From IMG/VR virus record IMGVR_UViG_3300048883_000321: a stretch of 64,000 nt of DNA; one strand, given 5' to 3'. The stretch comes from an uncultured virus (IMG/VR IMGVR_UViG_3300048883_000321) (lineage: Duplodnaviria > Heunggongvirae > Uroviricota > Caudoviricetes). The translations under genes were made by a program, and so were the position numbers. Below are positions 17,299-27,776 of the stretch, piece by piece. Numbering within the stretch: the stretch's first letter is position 1; every line of letters starts with the position of its first letter. The notes under the pieces were generated by a model, which was not told the DNA's origin, did no database searches, and worked only from the letters and a program-made list of their open reading frames with translations.

Positions 17299-17463
17299 CT
17301 ATTCGTCGTCTTCGACGGGGGGTGAGGCCATTTCTGCGAGTTGGGCTTGCAACTGGCTAATCATCGCGTCTTTGACTGCCGTGTCGGTGGTCATGGAAGC
17401 GATTTGGTTGGCGAGGTTTTGGATTACCTGTTGGACATCTATTTGGGTTTGTTGTTCTGTCAT
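17299..17463 (-). CDS. Small coiled-coil protein after the tail tip gene (absent from the ORF track)
   Basis: Manual translation MTEQQTQIDVQQVIQNLANQIASMTTDTAVKDAMISQLQAQLAEMASPPVEDDE; TACACT 7 nt upstream. Confidence 0.6.
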   Translation of the reverse strand: MTEQQTQIDVQQVIQNLANQIASMTTDTAVKDAMISQLQAQLAEMASPPVEDDE

Positions 17464-17482
17464 GGTGATGAGTGTAGCAGGT

Positions 17483-20400
17483 TTACGCTGCTTCCAACGC
17501 CGCTATTCGGTTTCGTGCATCTTTAAGGGAAACTACAAGAAGCGAGATAAGCCCGACATCGTTAATGCTTGTCAACAACTGGTCGCCGTTCTCATCTGTT
17601 CCGCATGCGCTGAGGAATGGAGAAACATCATGAACCTCCTCGGCCATGAACCCAATTTCGGGTATACCGGGAGCAGTTATACGGTTAAACATTTTCGGGG
17701 TGAGTTCATCGACCATGGAGGGGACCATCCATTCCCCAAGATCAGCGGAAACATTTTCTTTATCCGCTCCAATCGAAGTATACCTCGTCAAATACCAAAT
17801 CCCAAAGACGGTAGCCCATCTGCAAGTCGATGTTCCGCCGGTAGGGGGCGACCAATGAACAAAGTTTCCGGTGGACGTAATGGCTATATCGCCGGTCGTC
17901 GTGCGAATACTACCGCCAACATCAAGTGTATAAGAAGGGCTGCTTTTATTGATGCCGACACGGTTAGCACTCTTATCGACAAATAACGAGGTACCAGTCC
18001 CACCAGAATCCTTCACCCTGAAATCGTCATGCACGTAAACCGTACCGTTCACTTCAAGTTTGTAAGACGGCGAAGAAGTACCGATACCGACATTACCAGA
18101 TGTGTTAATCGTCATCCTTGTCGAATACCCAGAACCGGTATACAGTTTAATTTCCCCAACAGATTTCAAAGCAATTAGGCTGCCCGAAGTTGTTGTGACA
18201 AGGTTAACCGTCAGCGTCCCCGTCAACTGCGCCAACGTAGACTCCATATGGAGGAACGCCCCTCCGTTGAACGCTACTTTCGTCGAACCACTTGTTGCAT
18301 GCAGGTACCCGTAAGTCGTTGCCCCGCTAGTACTTTTCAAGTTGATTGACGTAACCCCAGCGACTTGGCTTCCGATATCTACAGAGCCACCTGATCCGCT
18401 CGTGAATGACCCCGAAGTGATATTCGTGAACGACCCTGACGTAGCAGTGATCGCCCCCGTAATCGTTGCGTTGGTAGCGGTTAACGCCCCGCCGCTACTG
18501 ACCTTAAACGGGGCAGAAGCATACGACGCAGCACCAGACCACATTTGGCCAGCAGCATCAACATGAAACGACGACGAATCCGAACCACCAATATCGATCG
18601 TCCCACCAGTAATCGTCGCACCAGAAACCGTGTCAGTGAACGTTCCCGTAGCACCCGTAATGTCGCCACGGAAATACCCGCCCTCAAACTCGACATCCCC
18701 ATTGGCTTTAATAACCCAACCAGCAGAACCCGGATTGTAATTCGAAGACGCTATATGCCCCGACACAACCGTCACATTAAACGAATCCAAATTAAACTTA
18801 CTACCCGTAGTTTCCGTTGTGTAATCCGAGGTACGAGCATCATGAGTAACCGTGCGGATCTTCGCCTTGTATTCCCCATCAGGGCGGCCCAAACCGTTAA
18901 CCATCAACGACGTACCCGCCGTTTTGATCCTCACCGGTTCGTTATCGTAAGCAACTGTCCCGCCCGAAGCATCCTTCCCTTCGTAAACCGTAGTCCCATC
19001 CGACCGGAACCCCGTCGGTGTAACCTCAACCTCGTAATGAGAAACACTGTTTTCCCATCCGATAGGTTCAACCCAAGTCAAGTTGACACCCGAATTGAAC
19101 GGGCCGCCCTCTTTCTGAGTTGACGTAATACTATGAGGAGGCGGAGGAGTACGGCCTGCTTTGAAATCCTTCAACACCACCTGATCAGAATATTGGCCAG
19201 TTCGTTCACGCTTCTGAATACGAGAAATCGCTCCATCGATAACATCACCGATAACTATTTCGGTTCGTACCTCCGCCGAAGTAATAGCGGCAGCCAACGC
19301 CACGATCTGGCGGTCCTGAGTGACACCGGGTTCGTATTCGATGCGTACCGTGTCGCCGGGAACAAAATCAATCCAAGCACGAGTCGTATCTGTTTCAATA
19401 TATTGGAACGTGAACTCATCCAACGGTTCCTTAACCTGATCCAATGCTTGCTGCACCGACTCAGTGTTCGACAGTCCCTCAGGGTTATCGTGGCCGATGA
19501 AACCCTCGCGCCGGCCAAATACTGCTTCCTGCGTCGCATCAGATTGTTTCTTTAAGTTGAAACCGTTCGACCCGAACATGAACGTTCGTAAGTCAGGGCG
19601 GCGAAACTGGCGAGACGACGACACAGCGTTCGGTACAGTCAAAAACACTGACCCCGACCTGTCGGTGCCAAGAATTTTCGCTATATAAATAACGCCCGAC
19701 GGGTTGACATACCATTGAGCGTTCGAAGTGATCGCCGTCAACTGGTTTAAAGCATCCAGCATGGTGATCCCTGACGGGATTTCGAACAAATAGTTTACTT
19801 CGTCAATAGGGTACGAAGCGGCGGTAGCCCACGAAGTCCCATTCGAATCGTTAGTAGTACCCAACCCTGATGACAACGACAAAGGCCAATCAACAGCGTC
19901 GCCGTTACGGTCCGCTGTGCCCTCCGTGAAATTCGTCCACGTTTGATCAATACCAGTGTCGGCTTCATCAAAAATAAACGTGAACGCCGCCGCCCCATAC
20001 GCTTTATGTTTTGGGTCGTCGATAGTGTAAATTTCGTCATCGAGTTCCAGTTGGTTGTCGTTTAGTTTCCCGAAACCACGAGCGTAACTAACAATCGCCC
20101 CATCAGGATCAGCCGCAGCCTCATCCCAACCCTCAGGCAACACAACAGCCCATTCCAAACAAGCCGCCAAAGAACGCCCAGCCAAAGACACAATACGACG
20201 CAACCCAGAATATTGGACATCAGATTGTTCAATCAGGAACGTCCCGACAGGAGAACCATTACGCAAAACCTGAACAGCGTAATTACCCTCCCAAGGGTAT
20301 TTGCTGCCGTTCGCTGCATAAAACGTTTCGAGAAACGGATCGTCGAAATCCACTTCGAGGGTACCACCGCCAACATCGTTGATTTTGTCACTCAACTGGA

Positions 20401-20485
20401 CAGCGATATAAGTCGGCACATACGCTACTGTCGCCAGTGTCGAAGCGTCAACAATTTTTACGTCCCATGCCGTATCTACGGCCAT
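17483..20485 (-). CDS. Tail tip/central fibre protein with FN3-like domain and C-terminal intramolecular chaperone (S74-like)
   Basis: Follows Dit with TAATG coupling; VNLTW..P...SHYEV FN3-like; GNVGIGTSSP repeats; KENV...IGFMAEEV...coiled-coil end. Confidence 0.8.
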   Translation of the reverse strand: MAVDTAWDVKIVDASTLATVAYVPTYIAVQLSDKINDVGGGTLEVDFDDPFLETFYAANGSKYPWEGNYAVQVLRNGSPVGTFLIEQSDVQYSGLRRIVSLAGRSLAACLEWAVVLPEGWDEAAADPDGAIVSYARGFGKLNDNQLELDDEIYTIDDPKHKAYGAAAFTFIFDEADTGIDQTWTNFTEGTADRNGDAVDWPLSLSSGLGTTNDSNGTSWATAASYPIDEVNYLFEIPSGITMLDALNQLTAITSNAQWYVNPSGVIYIAKILGTDRSGSVFLTVPNAVSSSRQFRRPDLRTFMFGSNGFNLKKQSDATQEAVFGRREGFIGHDNPEGLSNTESVQQALDQVKEPLDEFTFQYIETDTTRAWIDFVPGDTVRIEYEPGVTQDRQIVALAAAITSAEVRTEIVIGDVIDGAISRIQKRERTGQYSDQVVLKDFKAGRTPPPPHSITSTQKEGGPFNSGVNLTWVEPIGWENSVSHYEVEVTPTGFRSDGTTVYEGKDASGGTVAYDNEPVRIKTAGTSLMVNGLGRPDGEYKAKIRTVTHDARTSDYTTETTGSKFNLDSFNVTVVSGHIASSNYNPGSAGWVIKANGDVEFEGGYFRGDITGATGTFTDTVSGATITGGTIDIGGSDSSSFHVDAAGQMWSGAASYASAPFKVSSGGALTATNATITGAITATSGSFTNITSGSFTSGSGGSVDIGSQVAGVTSINLKSTSGATTYGYLHATSGSTKVAFNGGAFLHMESTLAQLTGTLTVNLVTTTSGSLIALKSVGEIKLYTGSGYSTRMTINTSGNVGIGTSSPSYKLEVNGTVYVHDDFRVKDSGGTGTSLFVDKSANRVGINKSSPSYTLDVGGSIRTTTGDIAITSTGNFVHWSPPTGGTSTCRWATVFGIWYLTRYTSIGADKENVSADLGEWMVPSMVDELTPKMFNRITAPGIPEIGFMAEEVHDVSPFLSACGTDENGDQLLTSINDVGLISLLVVSLKDARNRIAALEAA

Positions 20486-21345
20486 TAGATGTAAGCCTTT
20501 GTGTAAGCAACAGAGAACGTTACGCCGGTTTTTTTGGTGAGCGTGTTCGACACACCGGGACGCAACTCGAACCAATCAATAGTTGACGAACCGGTACGGT
20601 CAACGCTGCCCGTAGCAGCAGTACCATCGTTGGCGGCAGTAAAATCAGTAGTGTCGAAAACAAGACTGGTGCCGTCAGCAAGCGTCCCATTGAAAGTAAG
20701 TTTACTACCGGTTGTCGTGTTCTCTATCCACGGGTTCGTTATGTCGCTCCCAGAAGAGTTACTTAAAGTGATTGTCATACGGGTCGTTATAGCAGTACCA
20801 CCGGGATCACCAGATGCTGTCAGCGTGGACGTTGTTTTGGTTCCCGACGAGTTGCATTCGTACCAGCGGGCATCCGTGTAAGCGATTTTTACTGTGAACG
20901 ATGTTTGATTGAATTCGGCGTGGCTTGGGATCGACATGCGGCCTGCGGTTTCGCCGTAGTTGACACGGTAAGTTGAGATGTCGCTCGCTGGGGTTTCTTT
21001 GATGCGTCGCACTACTTGTAACGGGGCGTCGTAACCGGTCGCCGCATGGTTGGTGTAAAGGAGCCCTAACAAGTCGTCGAGGTTGGTGTTGAACTGGGCG
21101 CGTTTAGCATACTCGTCGGCGTAGTACGAGCCGTCGCTTTTAGCGTCGGTGACCCATAGCGTCCAGTCTTCGCTTCGCCCGCCGAGTCGTTTGCGTCGCC
21201 ACCGCCCACCGTGATCCATAGCGGGGACGAGGTTATCGCCACGCAGTTCAGGGGTTACATCTTGTATTCCTTGGATAGTGAATCGGGGGTCGGCTAGTTC
21301 CGTTCCATTCACTATGTATGCTTCTAAAAACCCGAATGCTGCCAT
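20485..21345 (-). CDS. Distal tail protein (Dit-like)
   Basis: Position after the tape measure; ITNPWIEN, WFELRPGVSNTL C-terminus. Confidence 0.75.
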   Translation of the reverse strand: MAAFGFLEAYIVNGTELADPRFTIQGIQDVTPELRGDNLVPAMDHGGRWRRKRLGGRSEDWTLWVTDAKSDGSYYADEYAKRAQFNTNLDDLLGLLYTNHAATGYDAPLQVVRRIKETPASDISTYRVNYGETAGRMSIPSHAEFNQTSFTVKIAYTDARWYECNSSGTKTTSTLTASGDPGGTAITTRMTITLSNSSGSDITNPWIENTTTGSKLTFNGTLADGTSLVFDTTDFTAANDGTAATGSVDRTGSSTIDWFELRPGVSNTLTKKTGVTFSVAYTKAYI

Positions 21346-21348
21346 TTC

Positions 21349-24300
21349 TTATCCTCTCCCGTGGGGCCGTTGGGTGGCACTTGCGCCAGTTGATTTAGCA
21401 GTGTCGCCGCCCGACCCGCCGTAGTTTTCCCAATCGAACGTGGCGGCCTCGATACTCTTGACTACTGTAGATGCTGCGTCCGCTGGAAGCGTATTGATCG
21501 TAACGTGATTTGTCACAATGTTGCGGGCGCTCTCCACCGAATCTATCATTGCGCTTTCGTTACGAACGCTCGCCGTCGGAATATTAAGTGGGGCAGTTGC
21601 CCATGGGTTAACTGCTGCCGTTATCTCCTCCATCGTCATCCCTGCGAGAGGCCCAACCATTGTTTTTATCCCGCCCGCCGCACCGTCTGCCCCTTCAGGA
21701 TCAACCGTATCCCCGCTACGTCCGCCACCGCCGCCCCCGACACGCACCCAGCCTTCACCTCGGCCTACAGCAGCAATAGCATCCAGCGTGTCCTTGTCGA
21801 AGATACGTTCAACAAGCGAAGTTCCATCGCCGCGAATATCTAACAAATCGTTGACTTCGTCGCTAGTGAGCCCAACGGCATCCCCCAACGACTTGAACGT
21901 TTCAATAGCCTTTTCGCCTTCCATCCGCATTTGTGCTTCAGCGTCAGCGACCTCCAACCCAGCACTAGCCAAATCAAGTTCAGCGCGTACCACTTCATCG
22001 CCGGTGTCGGCTGCTGTTTGGAAATCCTCTAAGTTGTATTCGGCTTCCATCACCGCCAACTCGAGATCTTCCTGATTGCCTTTGCCGAGACGCAGATTCC
22101 GTTTCGCTTCTTCAACAGCGCGTTCGAGTTTCTTTTGGTTCAATAATTCAAACCGGGTATCGACGCCTTTGCCGCCCGCTTTTTGCTTCAACCGGTCTAG
22201 TGCCCGTTCGGCATCGCCGAAATCGAGGATCGCTGTAATGCTTCTCGAAGCGGCGCTGACCGCTGTTTGGGCAACATCGATAGCGTCATCGACGACTTCG
22301 CGGATAACGTTCTTTAAGTTCTTTTTCCCATCGAGGATACCTTTAGCGATACCAGCCGTGATTGGTTGCCCCACGGACACAGCGAATACTTTCGACGGTG
22401 ACTTAATGCCCAGCACGAACAGGGCTTCATCAACCATCCCCGTGAAAATCGATTTTGTAGCGGCGTCCAACTCTGGCTTCCCATTGTAAAGACCCTTAGT
22501 CACGCCGCCGAGCAGGCCGTCGGAGATTTCGCCGCCTTTTGTTTGGACAAACGGTATAATCTTATCGACCATGCGGCCCACACTGTTCTGCAACTCTGAA
22601 CTTGCCTCAGTTTCGGCAGCAGACTCTTCGCTAATAAATGCTAAGCGCAAGTCCTCAGGATCCAACCCGATTTCATCGAACAAGCGAGCAATATCTTCTG
22701 CTGCCGCTCCATTCGCTAACGCTGTCTGCTCTATCGCCCCCACAAACGAAGTGAACCTTCCTTCTGCCTCTTCGGCCGAGAAGCCGTTCTCGAACATGGC
22801 CGCCGCCATTTCTTGAGCCCCTCTGATCTGATCTTTCATAGCCTCTCGAGCATCGCGGCCCTTTTCGCTATACATGTCCATCGCCCCGCCAGACTCAAGG
22901 ATAGCGTCGGCTAAATCTTGTTGCCCCGCCATGAAGCCTGTGTTGGCGTCATCCAGATCCATGGTTCGCCCGATAAAATCATCGAACTGTTTGTTGAATC
23001 GTTTCGCTGCTTTATCGGCTTTAGCGAATGCTGTATCCATTCGTAAAATAGCGTCGGCCACAGAGTGGAAACCGTCGGACGCTAACGTCTTTGTGTCTCT
23101 AGTTAGGCGTTCAATGGCGAGGTCAACTGCTTTTGTTTCTGCTTCAGCGTTACTCATGGGTTCTATCAACCCGTACGCCATTTCGGCGTGGATGTCCCTT
23201 AAAGCAATCCTGTAAGCGTTTGCCAAGTTTTGCATCGAAGCGAACGCCGACCCAAGACGATCCTGTGCTTGCTTGGGGTCGCCCGCTATAAGATCTAATA
23301 TGTCAGGGAGGTTTTCTGTCTCATCGGCGTAATCTGCGAGTAGCGGCATTGCTTTGAACAACAGGTCTTGGATCTCTTGTAACCCCTCAGGGGTGGATCC
23401 CTCTTGCTTACCAAACGCATCCATAAGGGCCGTGTATTCTACGATAAAATCTTCGGCCATGCCTTTTTGTAAAAAGTCAGAAAGGTCATTGGCTACCGTG
23501 TCGAGAGCGTCAGACATGGTGATGGCCGCTTTTCTATGTTTGTCTTGCGACGAAGCATCCCCGCCTCTGGCAGCGTCCTGATACTCGTCGAGGTCTGCTC
23601 GAGCCTCCCGAAGGTTTAATACCGCCCCCGAGGCTCGGTCTGCTGCCAACTGGGCATCGATCCGCAATGCCTCCCCTATGCCTGCTGCCCCCGCTGCCAC
23701 ACCCTCCAAGAAATTCCCGAACGCTTCATCTTCCATCCCCTTAGGGAATAGCCGTTCAAACACGTTCATGTCGCCACCTATTTGGCGATTGTATGTCGCC
23801 ATAAGGAGGCTCATGGCTTGACGAACCGTATCAGAATCCCCAGCGTCTTTAAAGGCTTTAAGTAACGCTGCTTCTACAGCAAGGCCACCGCTGATGGGTC
23901 CTCCCTCGTCGAACGCTTTTTGCAAATCCTCGTCGAACGCCCGCTTGAAATCAGCAGCGATCCCATAAACCTCACCTTTGTCCGCTTCGCTATACCCCGC
24001 TATTGGGCTCCCGAGGCCACCGACATTAGTGAGAACACGGTCCCCCATGGTGCGCACATCTTTAAGCGCAGCGACCAAGTCTTCCATGTTTTGTGTAGTC
24101 GACCGGGTTTTTTTACCAAACAACCCCATTTGCAGACCCAAAAAGAGTATCGCTCCGATGGCAAGTGCCCACGGGGCCGCCTTCATGGCAAGGTTCATTT
24201 TCGTCATTGATGCTGCGGTGGCCGTAGCGGCTGTCCCCGATGCCGTAATGGCCACCCCGTTAGCGATTTGGTAAGTTGTGTTCGCTCCTGTCGCCGCAGT

Positions 24301-25629
24301 ATTCGTTACTACTTTCTGGGTTAAATACTCTACCGCTTGAGATTTAAATGCCAGCGTCGTAGCGATAGCACCAAATAAAACAAGTATCGTTCCCCCTATT
24401 GCCGCTAACGCCGCTAACGACGCTATGAAACCCACCAGCGCCCCGTTGCTGGCGATCCATTTAATCATTCCAGCGAATTTTTCCATCAACGCTTGGATCA
24501 GATCTACAACAGGAAGCATTGCTTCGCCAAGTTCAAGGAAAGAAACTTTAACGCTAGACATCCCTTTCGCTAATTTAAACTTGGCCGTGTCAGAGGTGAC
24601 GCGGAACGCCTTCTCGGTATCGCCAGCGGAGTTCGCCAACGAAGCGAAAATCTGTTGGTTTTCTTTCAAGTTGGGGCCCGTAATATCCAACGCACCGGCC
24701 AACGCACGAATGTTCGGGAACACATCAGCGAACGCATCAGCGTTCTCCGAAGCCAAATCCCTCAACTTCACCAACACCGCTAACAAGCCTTGCGAGCGGG
24801 CCATGTCTCGCAACTCGCCTTCCGCTACACCCATCTCCCTCAAAGCGTTAACTGTTTGGCGAGAAGGATCCAACAGCGACTGCATGATCTGACGCAACTG
24901 GATAGCCGAAGTACGAGCATCAGTACCAGTACGAGTCATAGCAGCAATAGCGGCCGCCACCTCGTGAAATTCGATGCCCATGGCGGAAGCCACCGGAATG
25001 GCTTTACCGATAGCGGGAGCCAACTGGGTCGCTTCGACTTTACCTTCACGCACAGCAGCGGTAAGCGTATCTACGGCCATAGCGCCCGACAGGTTTTCTG
25101 AACCGTAAGCGTTAACTGCCGAGGTGGCAGCATCCGCTACAACCGCTGTGTTGCCGAGCCCTACAGCAGCGGCTTTTGCCGAAGCGGCCAAAACGCCAGT
25201 CGCCGTAGCACCACGCAAACCAGCCGACGTAATAAAGAACATAGCGTCGGCGAGTTCCTGCGGAGCCCGTCCAGTTTCGCCCGCGAGGGCTTTAACATCT
25301 TTAGTGAACCCTCGTACAGCGCCAGCGGACACACCTACCAAAGCCTCGATTTTAGTCATCGACGCTTCGAAGGCAGAAAACGACTTGATAGCCAACCCGC
25401 CAATAAGGGCTATCGGGGCCGCTAATTTCAGCATCATGCGGCCTGTGGTTTGCGCACGGAACCCCAACGTATTCAAACTAGAACCCATAGCCATAGCCGA
25501 CGCGGAACCAGCCGTCATCGCCTTCTGAACAGGAGCCATCGCCGTCTTAGACGCCGCAGCCCCCGCCTTCAACCCCGAAGGATCTAAAACAATACGTTGA
25601 ACAAGATTAGGTAGATAGATCGCAGCCAT
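21349..25629 (-). CDS. Tape measure protein (TP901 family)
   Basis: 1426-aa Ala-rich helical protein; FEASMTKIEALVG...ELADAMFFITSAG core; central hydrophobic segments. Confidence 0.92.
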   Translation of the reverse strand: MAAIYLPNLVQRIVLDPSGLKAGAAASKTAMAPVQKAMTAGSASAMAMGSSLNTLGFRAQTTGRMMLKLAAPIALIGGLAIKSFSAFEASMTKIEALVGVSAGAVRGFTKDVKALAGETGRAPQELADAMFFITSAGLRGATATGVLAASAKAAAVGLGNTAVVADAATSAVNAYGSENLSGAMAVDTLTAAVREGKVEATQLAPAIGKAIPVASAMGIEFHEVAAAIAAMTRTGTDARTSAIQLRQIMQSLLDPSRQTVNALREMGVAEGELRDMARSQGLLAVLVKLRDLASENADAFADVFPNIRALAGALDITGPNLKENQQIFASLANSAGDTEKAFRVTSDTAKFKLAKGMSSVKVSFLELGEAMLPVVDLIQALMEKFAGMIKWIASNGALVGFIASLAALAAIGGTILVLFGAIATTLAFKSQAVEYLTQKVVTNTAATGANTTYQIANGVAITASGTAATATAASMTKMNLAMKAAPWALAIGAILFLGLQMGLFGKKTRSTTQNMEDLVAALKDVRTMGDRVLTNVGGLGSPIAGYSEADKGEVYGIAADFKRAFDEDLQKAFDEGGPISGGLAVEAALLKAFKDAGDSDTVRQAMSLLMATYNRQIGGDMNVFERLFPKGMEDEAFGNFLEGVAAGAAGIGEALRIDAQLAADRASGAVLNLREARADLDEYQDAARGGDASSQDKHRKAAITMSDALDTVANDLSDFLQKGMAEDFIVEYTALMDAFGKQEGSTPEGLQEIQDLLFKAMPLLADYADETENLPDILDLIAGDPKQAQDRLGSAFASMQNLANAYRIALRDIHAEMAYGLIEPMSNAEAETKAVDLAIERLTRDTKTLASDGFHSVADAILRMDTAFAKADKAAKRFNKQFDDFIGRTMDLDDANTGFMAGQQDLADAILESGGAMDMYSEKGRDAREAMKDQIRGAQEMAAAMFENGFSAEEAEGRFTSFVGAIEQTALANGAAAEDIARLFDEIGLDPEDLRLAFISEESAAETEASSELQNSVGRMVDKIIPFVQTKGGEISDGLLGGVTKGLYNGKPELDAATKSIFTGMVDEALFVLGIKSPSKVFAVSVGQPITAGIAKGILDGKKNLKNVIREVVDDAIDVAQTAVSAASRSITAILDFGDAERALDRLKQKAGGKGVDTRFELLNQKKLERAVEEAKRNLRLGKGNQEDLELAVMEAEYNLEDFQTAADTGDEVVRAELDLASAGLEVADAEAQMRMEGEKAIETFKSLGDAVGLTSDEVNDLLDIRGDGTSLVERIFDKDTLDAIAAVGRGEGWVRVGGGGGGRSGDTVDPEGADGAAGGIKTMVGPLAGMTMEEITAAVNPWATAPLNIPTASVRNESAMIDSVESARNIVTNHVTINTLPADAASTVVKSIEAATFDWENYGGSGGDTAKSTGASATQRPHGRG

Positions 25630-25660
25630 AGAGTTATTCTCTCCTATTTACGCTCGGCAA

Positions 25661-26005
25661 TCAACTCGCCGATTTACGCTCCACTGACATGCCGCCCAAA
25701 GCCGAAGCCCAACCCATCAAAGCCCGAGGATCAGCCTTCTTTTTCTTGTTTTTAGGTTGGCTAATCGCCGCTATAACTTGCGCCGGAGAAGAATCCCAAA
25801 ACGATTCAAACGACTGCCCTATCTGACACCAAGCAAAAATTGCTTGCTGCCACGGGTAACCCTCTACTCGTCCGTCGTCTCTTCCGCTGTTTCTTCCATC
25901 TCCGTGACGCTCTTCTCGAGTTCCTCGTTGAGTATCTCCATCTGCGAGTCCACCGCTACTGTTGCTTGCTTCAGCAGCCGACTCGCGGTGGTGGGGTCCA
26001 CGCCG
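25661..26005 (-). CDS. Second tail assembly chaperone segment, probably expressed by -1 frameshift
   Basis: Open -1 frame with no upstream start codon; encodes YPWQQAIFAWCQIGQSFESFWDSSPAQV (FWxxS/TP chaperone-like motif). Confidence 0.6.
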   Translation of the reverse strand, partial: RRGPHHRESAAEASNSSGGLADGDTQRGTREERHGDGRNSGRDDGRVEGYPWQQAIFAWCQIGQSFESFWDSSPAQVIAAISQPKNKKKKADPRALMGWASALGGMSVERKSAS

Positions 26006-26349
26006 TTAGCGAGAGCCCATGCCACTCCAATCGCCGAAGTGTAATCCGCCAACCGGCCTTCAACCATTCGCATACCAGCCTTATCAACATTTTCGACCAT
26101 AAGCAAAGCCAAAGTACGGCGCAACGTCGAAACAGGTTTCTGTTCCATCGCTTCCTGCCATTCCTGAAGCCCTTCCCATAGTTCCTCAATGTCGGCTATG
26201 ACATTGTGGGTGAAGCGGATATGAAACTCTTCGGTTTCTTGTTCCCCTTCGGCATCGTAAACTGGTACCCATTTGCCGTCGTCTTCCCGAAGGTTAGCGA
26301 CGATAACAGGTACACCTTTATTTTTGAGTATTGCTGCGGTGTATTCCAT
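25864..26349 (-). CDS. Tail assembly chaperone
   Basis: Between the major tail protein and tape measure; IRFTHNVIADIEE; TACACT 6 nt before the ATG. Confidence 0.75.
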   Translation of the reverse strand: MEYTAAILKNKGVPVIVANLREDDGKWVPVYDAEGEQETEEFHIRFTHNVIADIEELWEGLQEWQEAMEQKPVSTLRRTLALLMVENVDKAGMRMVEGRLADYTSAIGVAWALANGVDPTTASRLLKQATVAVDSQMEILNEELEKSVTEMEETAEETTDE

Positions 26350-26383
26350 GTTGGGAGTGTACACCGTATATGCGGACGCGACA

Positions 26384-26411
26384 AGGACAGGGGCGGTAAA
26401 ACCCCTGTCCT
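26384..26411 (-). terminator. Hairpin after the major tail protein gene
   Basis: AGGACAGGGG-N8-CCCCTGTCCT perfect inverted repeat. Confidence 0.6.
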
Positions 26412-26438
26412 CGTTAAGCGGCTTACTCTAAAACAGGT

Positions 26439-27014
26439 TTAGAGGGTGGCTGCGGTTTCGTCGAAGGTGATTTTGCCGAAACCGAGAGGGGTAGTGTCGT
26501 TAGGGATGATGCCTTCAGCGGTAAACGACGGAGTTGCGAAATCGTCGGTTGAGCCGGAAAGCAAGGTCCCGCCAGTGATCTGGCATTTGAAGAGTTCCAT
26601 TTTGATGGAAGCCACTGCCTCGCCAGCGTCTTGTGTTTGCAAGTCGGTGAGGAGGAACGCTACCTTGAAGTAAGGGAGCGAGCCGCCGCCGATTGTTAAC
26701 GCTGAACTTTCAGCATCGCCGGTTCCTGCCTCTACGGTGCTGCCGTCGAGGATGGTTTCGAGAACATTGAGGGCTAGTTCGGAATAGGTACAAGAGAAGT
26801 TAAGACGGTCAATCTTACCTTTTTTCGCTATTACCTTGCCGTCGCCTTTGAGTTCTGCGGTGATCAGATTTGGTTCCACGCTTACTTCTTGCACTCCCGG
26901 AACATCAATTCCAGTGCCAATGGTGTAACCGGCTGACCCTACTGGGTCGGCATTCATTGGGTAGACTTTGCAGTCTTGTACGTCGAAGGTAATCGCTGAT
27001 TGGGCAACTGCCAT
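26439..27014 (-). CDS. Major tail protein
   Basis: 191 aa, upstream of chaperones and tape measure; ELKGDG, FATPSFTAEG. Confidence 0.8.
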   Translation of the reverse strand: MAVAQSAITFDVQDCKVYPMNADPVGSAGYTIGTGIDVPGVQEVSVEPNLITAELKGDGKVIAKKGKIDRLNFSCTYSELALNVLETILDGSTVEAGTGDAESSALTIGGGSLPYFKVAFLLTDLQTQDAGEAVASIKMELFKCQITGGTLLSGSTDDFATPSFTAEGIIPNDTTPLGFGKITFDETAATL

Positions 27015-27279
27015 GGTTATTTCTCCTGTAGATTGTAGAGCCGCTATCAGGGTCTATTCTGCCACAAGAGATGTAAGGGCGGGAGAGGGTATAGGCAGAC
27101 TGGGCGTTACTGTCTTTGGGAGGCCATCAACAACGTTGCCAACGCCACAGCAACCAACCCGCCAAACATCGACAAAGCCAAAACCTGAATAGCAACCCAC
27201 CCGTAAGTCATCCAAGACAAAACCGGGCCAAAGCAAACCACAAACAACGCTGCCCACGGAGAGGGCGCCTCATTCATCA

Positions 27280-27483
27280 TCAAGCAACAGGCATCGGATC
27301 AGCAACAGCACGAGCCGCCTCGGACCGTTCGTAATCCCATAAATGCTGGCGAACCATATCCTCAGCCCAAGCGTTCATAGTTTCAACACGCTCCGCGGCT
27401 GTTTGCTCCTCCACCAACAACCCGGTAGCCGTCAACAAAACATCTACCTTGTCGTCGGGGATATCAAAATTTATTGTAGCCAT
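27280..27483 (-). CDS. Hypothetical protein
   Basis: 67-aa ORF with GAGG RBS. Confidence 0.6.
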   Translation of the reverse strand: MATINFDIPDDKVDVLLTATGLLVEEQTAAERVETMNAWAEDMVRQHLWDYERSEAARAVADPMPVA

Positions 27484-27558
27484 GATTATTCCTCTGTTCC
27501 GCAGTCGTCTTCCACGATTTGTTCGTGGTCACCGGCTGACATGTTTGTCTTCATTATT

Positions 27559-27765
27559 CTACTCTTTTTCCTCATCTATGTGGTCCAATACGGTTCCCAA
27601 CAGATGCAGCCCTAAACCCGCAGCAGAAATCCAAAGCCCCCTATACAGGGTCGTAGACGACAGTGTAATGAGAACCAAGCCAGTTCCGGCCAGCGTCCAG
27701 CCAAGATAAAATATTTCTCGTCCCATCCTTCCAAGGACCCCAATCACATTTTTGATTATATTCAT
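27559..27765 (-). CDS. Small two-TM membrane protein
   Basis: Two hydrophobic helices; directly downstream of the mucin-like gene. Confidence 0.65.
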   Translation of the reverse strand: MNIIKNVIGVLGRMGREIFYLGWTLAGTGLVLITLSSTTLYRGLWISAAGLGLHLLGTVLDHIDEEKE

Positions 27766-27776
27766 ATCGCCTCGTC

